In this document: in pieces, positions 56,928 to 64,000 of the stretch
Numbering within the stretch: the stretch's first letter is position 1
How the letters are laid out: every line of letters starts with the position of its first letter
Origin: an uncultured Gammaproteobacteria bacterium
Lineage (GTDB): Bacteria > Patescibacteriota > Patescibacteriia > UBA11705
Length of the DNA stretch: 64,000 nucleotides
Direction: 5' to 3'
Assembly: GCA_964413735.1 (NCBI GenBank)
Contig: CAYPSS010000005.1
Span: 4,398 to 68,397, forward strand
Position numbers and translations under genes: made by a program
Notes under the pieces: generated by a model
The model's input: only the letters and a program-made list of their open reading frames with translations
Told to the model about the DNA's origin: nothing
The model's database searches: none

Positions 56928-57875
56928 ATGAATTCCAACCAACTTTATTTATCGATTGTCGTCCCGGTTTATAATGAAGAAGGCGCGATTGCCAATCTAC
57001 ATCATGAAATCAAAACCGTTTGCGAAAAACTCAACCGACCTTATGAAATTATTTTTGTTAATGATGGCTCTCAAGATAAAACTTTTGATGTTATGAAAAC
57101 TTTGGCCCCGTTAAAAATAATAAACTTCCGCCGCAACTTTGGCCAAACCGCGGCCATGGATGCAGGGATCAAAGCCGCCCAAGGAATTTATATTGCCACG
57201 CTAGATGGTGATGGTCAAAATGATCCTCATGATATTCCTCCAATGATTGAATATCTCCAAACTCAAGATCTTGATGTGGTTTCCGGCTGGCGAAAAAATC
57301 GCAAAGATACTTTTTTCAAAAAATTATCTTCTCGCTGTGCCGCTTTTGTTCGTAAACTTTTAATTAATGATGGAATTCATGATAGTGGCTGCTCACTTAA
57401 AATTTATAAAAAAGAATGCTTTCATAATGTTACTTTATCAGGTGAAATGCATCGTTTTATTCCCGCCACCCTAAAAATCAAAGGATTTAAAATTGGAGAA
57501 ATGGTAGTTAACCATCGTCCTAGAACAACCGGTTCAACCAAATATAACTGGAAACGCGGAATTAAGGGAATTTTGGATATGTTCTCGGTCTGGTTTTGGA
57601 AAAAATACTCCAATCGCCCCTTACATTTATTTGGTGGTGTGGGGATTTTCTTAATCCTTATTTCCGGATTGGCCGGTTTATGGGCGATTTATTTAAAAAT
57701 CTTCTTAAATCGTAGTCTTTCAGACACCGCGCTTACCATGTTGGCCTTGTTTGGTTTTATGACTGGTATTCAATTTATTGTTTTCGGCCTACTGGCTGAC
57801 ATTTCCGCCAAAAATTATTACACCATTCATCGTGAGGAAACTTATAATATAAAAGAAATAATAACCAATGAATAA
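56928..57875 (+). CDS. Family-2 glycosyltransferase, polyprenyl-phosphate sugar synthase type (Dpm1/GtrB/ArnC-like)
   Basis: It has 'LSIVVPVYNEEG', 'VNDGSQDKT', 'DGDGQNDP' and two C-terminal TM helices. Confidence 0.85.
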   Translation: MNSNQLYLSIVVPVYNEEGAIANLHHEIKTVCEKLNRPYEIIFVNDGSQDKTFDVMKTLAPLKIINFRRNFGQTAAMDAGIKAAQGIYIATLDGDGQNDPHDIPPMIEYLQTQDLDVVSGWRKNRKDTFFKKLSSRCAAFVRKLLINDGIHDSGCSLKIYKKECFHNVTLSGEMHRFIPATLKIKGFKIGEMVVNHRPRTTGSTKYNWKRGIKGILDMFSVWFWKKYSNRPLHLFGGVGIFLILISGLAGLWAIYLKIFLNRSLSDTALTMLALFGFMTGIQFIVFGLLADISAKNYYTIHREETYNIKEIITNE

Positions 57876-58839
57876 TTTTAATCACAAAACCATTTTAGTC
57901 ACCGGTAGCGCTGGCTTTATTGGTTTTCATACCACCAAAAAACTTTTAGAATTAGGGGTTAAAGTTATTGGAGCTGACAACTTTAATAATTATTATGACC
58001 CAAAATTAAAAGAAGATCGCAACGCGATTTTAGAAAAAAATTCCCAATATCATTTATATCGCGGTGATTTAAGTGAGGAATCATTTGTTAATAAAATATT
58101 TAAGGAGAATAAAATTGATCAAATTTGTCATTTAGCCGCTCAGCCTGGGGTGCGTTATAGTTTAGTTAATCCTCGCGCTTATATTAAAAGTAATATTGAT
58201 GCTTTTCTCAATATTTTAGAGGCGGCTCGAAATTTCCAGATCAAAGATGTAGTTTATGCGTCATCCAGTTCAGTTTACGGAAATAACAAAAAAACCCCTT
58301 TTAGTGTCAACGATCCCGTTGATAAACCGATCTCCCTTTATGCGGCGACGAAAAAAGCCGATGAGTTAATGGCCCATACTTATCATCACTTGTTTGGAAT
58401 AAATACTACCGGCCTACGATTTTTCACCGTCATGGGACCTTGGGGCCGACCGGATATGTCCCCCATCTTATTCACCGATGCAATTATTAAAAATGAACCC
58501 ATAAAAGTTTTTAACTTTGGCAAAATGCGACGCGACTTCACTTACGTCGCTGATATTGTGGAGGGAATTATCCTCGCATTGGGGAAAATGAACGGTTATC
58601 AAATTTTCAATCTCGGAAACAACAAACCAGTAGAACTCGAATACTTTATTTCTTGCCTGGAAAAAGAACTCAGGCAACAAGCAAAAAAAAATTATTTAGA
58701 AATGCAACCCGGAGATGTGCTGGAAACTTATGCTGACATTGAAACGACAAAACAAATATTAGGTTGGGAACCTAAAACCACGATAGAAGAAGCGGTGAAA
58801 AAATTTATTCTCTGGTATAAAAATTACCATAAAATATAA
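57868..58839 (+). CDS. NAD-dependent nucleotide-sugar epimerase (UDP-glucuronate/UDP-GlcNAc 4-epimerase-like)
   Basis: It has 'ILVTGSAGFIGFHTTKKLLELG', the catalytic 'YAATKKADE' (YxxxK) and the extended SDR fold. Confidence 0.8.
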   Translation: MNNFNHKTILVTGSAGFIGFHTTKKLLELGVKVIGADNFNNYYDPKLKEDRNAILEKNSQYHLYRGDLSEESFVNKIFKENKIDQICHLAAQPGVRYSLVNPRAYIKSNIDAFLNILEAARNFQIKDVVYASSSSVYGNNKKTPFSVNDPVDKPISLYAATKKADELMAHTYHHLFGINTTGLRFFTVMGPWGRPDMSPILFTDAIIKNEPIKVFNFGKMRRDFTYVADIVEGIILALGKMNGYQIFNLGNNKPVELEYFISCLEKELRQQAKKNYLEMQPGDVLETYADIETTKQILGWEPKTTIEEAVKKFILWYKNYHKI

Positions 58840-58850
58840 TCAAATAATTT

Positions 58851-60161
58851 ATGAAAATTTGCGTCTTAGGTGTTGGCTATGTGGGGTTGGTCAGCGCCGC
58901 GTGTTTTGCTGAGCTGGGACATGAAGTAATGGGAATTGATGTTGACCCGGAAAAAATAACTAAATTACAACAAGGCATTTCTCCTATTTACGAACCGGGA
59001 TTAGATGAAATATTGAAGCGAAATTTGGAATCCGGACAACTAACTTTTAATCAAGATTTAACCCAAGGATTGAAAAATGCTTCGGTGGTTCTAAATGCTG
59101 TCGGTACACCGCCGGACGAACAACGACGCGTTGACCTACGTTTCGTCAGACAAGTAGCTGAAGCGGTCGGTAAATCATTAAATAATTACCTAGTTTTTGT
59201 AAATAAATCAACGGTTCCGGTAGGAACCGCCACTGCGGTAAAAAGTATTATTTCTTCCAACCTGAAACAACCGATAAATTTTGATGTTGCCTCTAATCCG
59301 GAATTTTTAAGAGAAGGATCCGCGGTAACTGACTTTATGAATCCTGACCGAATTATCGTGGGCGTTGATTCACCCCAAGCGGAAAAAGTGTTACGCGAAC
59401 TCTATCAACCTTTAATTGATCAAGGTGCTAATTTTATGGTTACCGACATCAAGAGTGCTGAATTAACCAAATACGCCTCCAATTCATTTTTGGCCACCAA
59501 AATATCATTTATCAATGAAGTGGCAAATTTATGTGATGCCGTCGGGGCTGATATAACTCAAGTGGCCAAAGGCATGGGCTTAGATACTCGCATTAATAAT
59601 AAATTTTTAGAAGCCGGTCCGGGATATGGTGGTAGTTGTTTTCCTAAAGACGTAGATGAATTTATTCATACCGCCGCTGACAATGGAATTGAAATGCGCA
59701 TCCTGGAATCAGTAGTAAAAGCCAATCAATTTCAACGTTCAATTGTTATCCAGAAATTACAAAAACATTTACCTAATTTAAACGGTAAAACCATTGCCAT
59801 GTGGGGCTTGGCCTTTAAACCGGAAACTGATGATGTTCGCGAATCAGCTTCATTGGATATTATCAAATCACTAATTCAAAAAGGGGCCAAAGTTAGAGCT
59901 TACGATCCACTGGCCATGGAAAATGTAAAAAAAATTATGAACCTAAACGGAGGAAACAAAGAATTGGAACTGTGTGAAAATAAAATTGATGCTTTAGATA
60001 GAAGTGATGCTTTAATTCTAATGACACATTGGGATGAATTCAAAAATGTTACACCTGAAGAATTACAAACCAAAATCAAAATTATTATTGATACACGTAA
60101 TATTTGGGATCGTCATAATTGTGAATCGGTTGGAATAATTTATGAGGGAATGGGAAAATAA
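58851..60161 (+). CDS. ugd: UDP-glucose 6-dehydrogenase
   Basis: It has 'MKICVLGVGYVGLVSAACFAELGHEV', the catalytic Cys in 'GGSCFPKD', and the UDPG_MGDP_dh N/central/C domains. Confidence 0.9.
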   Translation: MKICVLGVGYVGLVSAACFAELGHEVMGIDVDPEKITKLQQGISPIYEPGLDEILKRNLESGQLTFNQDLTQGLKNASVVLNAVGTPPDEQRRVDLRFVRQVAEAVGKSLNNYLVFVNKSTVPVGTATAVKSIISSNLKQPINFDVASNPEFLREGSAVTDFMNPDRIIVGVDSPQAEKVLRELYQPLIDQGANFMVTDIKSAELTKYASNSFLATKISFINEVANLCDAVGADITQVAKGMGLDTRINNKFLEAGPGYGGSCFPKDVDEFIHTAADNGIEMRILESVVKANQFQRSIVIQKLQKHLPNLNGKTIAMWGLAFKPETDDVRESASLDIIKSLIQKGAKVRAYDPLAMENVKKIMNLNGGNKELELCENKIDALDRSDALILMTHWDEFKNVTPEELQTKIKIIIDTRNIWDRHNCESVGIIYEGMGK

Positions 60162-60165
60162 AAAA

Positions 60166-61299
60166 ATGAAAAGAATTTTATTACTAAATTATGAATTTCC
60201 TCCATTGGGTGGCGGGGCCAGTCCGGTCAGTTATGAGATAGCTGATCGTTTATCAAAAACCAATGATTTTTGCATTGATGTCATAACAATGGGATATAAA
60301 AATCTTCCGCGATATGAAGAAGTAAATAATAATTTCAAAATTCATCGCGTTAAATGTTTAAGAAGCAAGAAAGAATTATGTCATCCATGGGAACAAGCCA
60401 CTTATTTGTTTTTCGCTTGGCAAAAATGCAAAAAACTTCTTAAGTTAAATCACTATGATCTTTGTCATTGTCATTTTATTATTCCCACCGGGATTCTAGC
60501 TGCAAAAATCAAAGAAAAATATCATTTACCATACATCATCACCACCCATGGCAGTGATGTGCTTGGATACAATGCACGCTTCAAATGGCTTTATCCTTTT
60601 TTGATTAAAACATGGAAAAATATTTTAAATAATGCTAATGAAATAATTTCACCTTCCAATTTTCTCAAATCGGAAATTATGAAAGTTTACTCGCAATTTG
60701 AGGAAAATAAAATAAAAGTGATCCCAAATGGCTTTGACACAAACCAATTTAAACCTCAAGAAAAAAAGAAATATATATTTTCATCCGGCAGACTTCTTGT
60801 TAATAAAGGCTTTCAATATCTAATCAAAGCGGTCTCAAAAATAAATATCCAATATGAAGTTCATATTGCAGGCGACGGACCAATGCTAAATGAGCTAAAA
60901 CAACTGGCCGAAAAATCCAAAACACCTGTTATTTTTCATGGTTGGCTGAATAATAAAAGCGAAAAATATAAAAACTTACTGGAACAAGCTTCAATTTTTG
61001 TCTTAGCTTCTGAAAAGGAAAACGCCAGCATTTCACTTCTTGAAGCGATGAGTGCCGGATGTGTTGTTATAACCACCAATCAATCAGGTTGCGCGGAAAC
61101 TATCGGAGATACCGGCATATTAATAAAACCAAAAAACGAAGAGGATCTAAGATTATCTTTACTTAATATTATAAATGATCAAAATTTACAGAATAATAAA
61201 CAAGCAGAAACCAGGAAAAGAATACTAAACACTTATAATTGGGAAACGGTCTTACTCAAATATAAACAGGCATATGAAAGAAATATCACCCCTTCATAA
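60166..61299 (+). CDS. Family-4 glycosyltransferase
   Basis: The start is taken at 'MKRILLLNYEFPPLGGGAS' (the track ORF begins at 60142 and would overlap ugd). It has the GT4 C-terminal E-x7-E region '..ASEKENASISLLEAMSAGCVVITT'. Confidence 0.8.
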   Translation: MKRILLLNYEFPPLGGGASPVSYEIADRLSKTNDFCIDVITMGYKNLPRYEEVNNNFKIHRVKCLRSKKELCHPWEQATYLFFAWQKCKKLLKLNHYDLCHCHFIIPTGILAAKIKEKYHLPYIITTHGSDVLGYNARFKWLYPFLIKTWKNILNNANEIISPSNFLKSEIMKVYSQFEENKIKVIPNGFDTNQFKPQEKKKYIFSSGRLLVNKGFQYLIKAVSKINIQYEVHIAGDGPMLNELKQLAEKSKTPVIFHGWLNNKSEKYKNLLEQASIFVLASEKENASISLLEAMSAGCVVITTNQSGCAETIGDTGILIKPKNEEDLRLSLLNIINDQNLQNNKQAETRKRILNTYNWETVLLKYKQAYERNITPS

Positions 61300-61996
61300 T
61301 AAAAATAATATCATAACGCAACCGCATGAGCTGGGAAACATCCAAGCATCATTGGATTACTTTTTAAAATTTAATATCCCCCAAAATGCCAAGATACTTG
61401 ATCTTGGTTGTAATTATGGAAGTTTGATTTTCAATTTATACTCGATAGGTTATCAAAACGTTTATGGGATTGATATTAACCCTGATTCGATCGAAAAAGG
61501 GAAAAATAATTACTCCCTGATAGCCGATAAACTTAATGTTCATCAACCAGGGACAACCCCATTTTATAACAACGAATTTGACGTTATTTTAATGTTTGAT
61601 GTAATTGAGCATGTCCCGAATATCAAGACTTTTATCAAAAATGAAGTTTGGCGCATTTTAAAACCTGGAGGATTGTTTATTTTCCAAACACCAAACAAAT
61701 TAATCAATATCCCCTGGGAAATTATCAGCAAAAAGTCTTGGACAAAATGGAAAGAATATCACTGTTCTCTTCAAACAATTTTCACATTACAACAACTATT
61801 ATCCAATGCTGATTTCAATGATTTAGCGATCGAAAAAGGCAATGTTTTAACGCAACACAATATTACAAAAGTTAATAAAATATTTGGACCCATCGGTGCA
61901 TACTTTCTTCATATGCTACAAAAATTTCCACTTACGATATATCCGAATTTTTGGGGAAGTGCCAAAAAACCATTGACCAATACCACTATTTTATGA
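61274..61996 (+). CDS. Class I SAM-dependent methyltransferase
   Basis: It has motif I 'ILDLGCNYGSLIF' and a post-I acidic/'ILMFDVIEHV' motif. Confidence 0.7.
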   Translation: MKEISPLHNKNNIITQPHELGNIQASLDYFLKFNIPQNAKILDLGCNYGSLIFNLYSIGYQNVYGIDINPDSIEKGKNNYSLIADKLNVHQPGTTPFYNNEFDVILMFDVIEHVPNIKTFIKNEVWRILKPGGLFIFQTPNKLINIPWEIISKKSWTKWKEYHCSLQTIFTLQQLLSNADFNDLAIEKGNVLTQHNITKVNKIFGPIGAYFLHMLQKFPLTIYPNFWGSAKKPLTNTTIL

Positions 61997-63075
61997 AAAT
62001 TTGCTTCATCGCGCCAAAAGCTTACCAATTATTTAATCCCAAAGTTAAATCAACCTTTGGCGGTGCTGAAGTACAATTATTTTTATTGGCAACGGAATTA
62101 GCGCAAAGGCACGATCTGGATATTCATTTTATGGTGGCGGACTATAATCAATCTTTTATTGAAAATTATCATAATGTAAATATCTGGAAAGCCATTAATT
62201 TTAAAAATAATTTCATCCTTCAAAGTTTTACTTTTTTTAAAGTGTTTAATAAAATAAATGCTGATATATACATTCAAAGAACTTTAACTTTGCAATCAGG
62301 ATTAATCGCCCTATACTGCAAATTAAAAAGAAAAAAATTTATTTATATGGTTGCCCACGATTCAGAAGTCGATGGGACTCACAAACTTTATCGGAATAAA
62401 ATCACAAACTTTCTGGCAAAAATCAATTTCAAATTTGCACATAAAATTGTTGTTCAAAATAATTATCAAAATGAAAAATTATTAGCACAAAAATTCAATC
62501 CTCATATTGTAAAATCAAGCTATCCAATTGAAAAAAATTTCAAAAAACCAAACTACCCTAAAATATTATGGGTTGGACGATCCGAACCATGGAAAAGACC
62601 GGAATTATTTTTGGAAATCGCCAAATTATTTCCACTGGAAAAATTTATTATGATCTGCGCTCCATCAACCGATACCCCTGAACTGGCAAAAAAAATAAAA
62701 GCTGAATCAACTCATATCAAAAATCTAGAATTTATCGAATTTGTCCCATTTAAAGATATAAACCAGTATTTTCTTAACGCAAAGATCTATATTAACACCT
62801 CTGTTAAAGAAGGATTCCCAAATACCTTTATTCAGGCAACCAAAAATCGTACGCCCATCTTATCTCTAAATGTTAATCCTGACAATTTCATTGTCGAATA
62901 TGATTGTGGCTTTTTTTGCAACAATAATCTCAATACAATGATAAAAAATATTCAAAATATTTTAATTAACCCCATGTTATATAACCGCCTTGCTCAAAAT
63001 GCATATCAATATGCCATAAAAAATCATGATATAACAGTAAATGCAAATAAATTTATTGACATCATAACAAAATGA
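61993..63075 (+). CDS. Glycosyltransferase (GT4-like)
   Basis: The start is taken at 'MKICFIAPKAYQLFNPKVKSTFGGAEVQ' (an ATGA overlap with the preceding stop; the track ORF begins at 61951). It has the GT-B C-terminal pattern '..INTSVKEGFPNTFIQATKNRTPILS'. Confidence 0.6.
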   Translation: MKICFIAPKAYQLFNPKVKSTFGGAEVQLFLLATELAQRHDLDIHFMVADYNQSFIENYHNVNIWKAINFKNNFILQSFTFFKVFNKINADIYIQRTLTLQSGLIALYCKLKRKKFIYMVAHDSEVDGTHKLYRNKITNFLAKINFKFAHKIVVQNNYQNEKLLAQKFNPHIVKSSYPIEKNFKKPNYPKILWVGRSEPWKRPELFLEIAKLFPLEKFIMICAPSTDTPELAKKIKAESTHIKNLEFIEFVPFKDINQYFLNAKIYINTSVKEGFPNTFIQATKNRTPILSLNVNPDNFIVEYDCGFFCNNNLNTMIKNIQNILINPMLYNRLAQNAYQYAIKNHDITVNANKFIDIITK

Positions 63076-64000
63076 AAAACATCTTATTACAACTTGGTCT
63101 AACTCTATCCGGAAAAAATATTTTTTCTGAATTTTATCGATTGAAAAGTCTTGAATTCAATAATTTGGAAAATAATCTCGAAATCCAAAAAAAAAGTCTC
63201 AAAGAAATTTTACTGCATGCCTGGCAACATGTCCCCTACTATACAAAAATTTTACATGATCACGATGTCGTTGTTAATGGCGTTATTAATCTAAACAACT
63301 TCAATAAAATTCCTATTTTGACAAAAAAAATAATTCGAGAAAATTTTTCTGAGCTCAAATCAAATGATACCGGATATTCAAAACGAAAACCTTTTCAAAA
63401 CACCTCGGGTGGTTCTACCGGTGAACCCATAAAATTCATTCAAGACAAAAAAACTTGGACCACCGGCATGGCGGGTAAATGGTGGTTTTATTCATTTATT
63501 ACAAAATATCCATGTAAAATGATCAAGCTTTGGGGCTCAGAAAAAGAATTTTTGAGTGGTAACATGGGAAGCAAAGCTTTGATAAAAAATTATTTCAGCC
63601 AAAGACTTTTATTAAATACCTTTCGTATGTCTGACCTTGATATGGCTAAATATGTTAATAAGATAAATCTCTTCCACCCCGCAATTATTGAAGCTTATGT
63701 TCAATCAATCTATGAATTAAGTAAATTTATCATTGATAATCGCCTGGAAGTATTTTCTCCAAAAGGAATAATTACCTCGGCCGGTACTCTGTATCCTGAA
63801 ATGAAAATGATAATTGAAAAAGCTTTCAAAACAAAGGTTTTTAATCGTTACGGATCAAGAGAAGTTGGTGACATGGCTTGTTCCTGTGATAAAAATGAAG
63901 GTTTACATTTAAATATTTTTCAACATTACTTGGAAATATTAAACGACAAACTTGAACCTTGTCAACCAAATGAATTGGGGAAAATTTATATCACGACTTT
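63072..64000 (+). CDS. CapK / coenzyme-F390-synthetase-like adenylate-forming enzyme (phenylacetate-CoA-ligase family), 3'-partial
   Basis: ATG at 63072 overlaps the previous stop (ATGA), and the frame is open to the end of the window. The AMP-binding motif is 'NTSGGSTGEP'. It is not in the ORF track because no stop is reached. Confidence 0.65.
   Translation, partial: MKNILLQLGLTLSGKNIFSEFYRLKSLEFNNLENNLEIQKKSLKEILLHAWQHVPYYTKILHDHDVVVNGVINLNNFNKIPILTKKIIRENFSELKSNDTGYSKRKPFQNTSGGSTGEPIKFIQDKKTWTTGMAGKWWFYSFITKYPCKMIKLWGSEKEFLSGNMGSKALIKNYFSQRLLLNTFRMSDLDMAKYVNKINLFHPAIIEAYVQSIYELSKFIIDNRLEVFSPKGIITSAGTLYPEMKMIIEKAFKTKVFNRYGSREVGDMACSCDKNEGLHLNIFQHYLEILNDKLEPCQPNELGKIYITT

Noticed and set aside
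1-64000. Alternative genetic code (UGA=Gly, as in some CPR lineages)
   Set aside because: Well-identified genes terminate at TGA as well as TAA/TAG at the expected lengths (e.g. the ATGA overlaps at 61993-61996 and 63072-63075). No in-frame TGA was needed for any conserved protein, so the standard bacterial code fits.

Overview
The window reads as a low-GC (~35%), standard-genetic-code bacterial chromosome with the character of the Candidate Phyla Radiation (CPR/Patescibacteria): tightly packed genes, an S8 peptidase with FG-GAP repeats, a PEGA-domain protein and many glycosyltransferases.

Housekeeping genes are clear: a P-type cation ATPase, pyrG, rplI, ctpA, murA, the rmlA/B/C/D-like dTDP-rhamnose set with NUDIX/HIT/HD/CDP-alcohol-phosphatidyltransferase neighbours, thrS, dtd, dnaE and pyk. 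There are also two glycan-biosynthesis clusters (44152-47421, and 56928 to the end of the window).

Three accessory features stand out:
1. A ~8.9 kb integrative element (about 4522-13438) is inserted at the 3' end of a tRNA-Gln(UUG) gene (13419-13492, minus strand). A 22-bp direct repeat of the tRNA 3' end lies at 4522-4543. A large serine recombinase gene reads through the tRNA. The cargo is a tight minus-strand operon: C5-cytosine methyltransferase, putative restriction endonuclease, an SDH/S49-family ClpP-fold protease and two small unknowns. The element also carries a terS-like HTH protein, a SpoVG-like protein and an RHH-like protein.
2. A Thr-specific T-box riboswitch-like leader (promoter, T-box GGGUGGAACCG, terminator abutting the ATG) sits in front of the dtd/four-helix-bundle/thrS operon.
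3. At 51.2-56.8 kb a ~1 kb NUDIX-containing module is duplicated. The copies are seeded with tRNA-3'-end-like fragments and GC-rich hairpin elements. They bracket a GC-rich cargo encoding an orphan 536-aa protein next to a decayed XRE-family HTH gene, plus further small insertions.

No CRISPR array or rRNA was seen.
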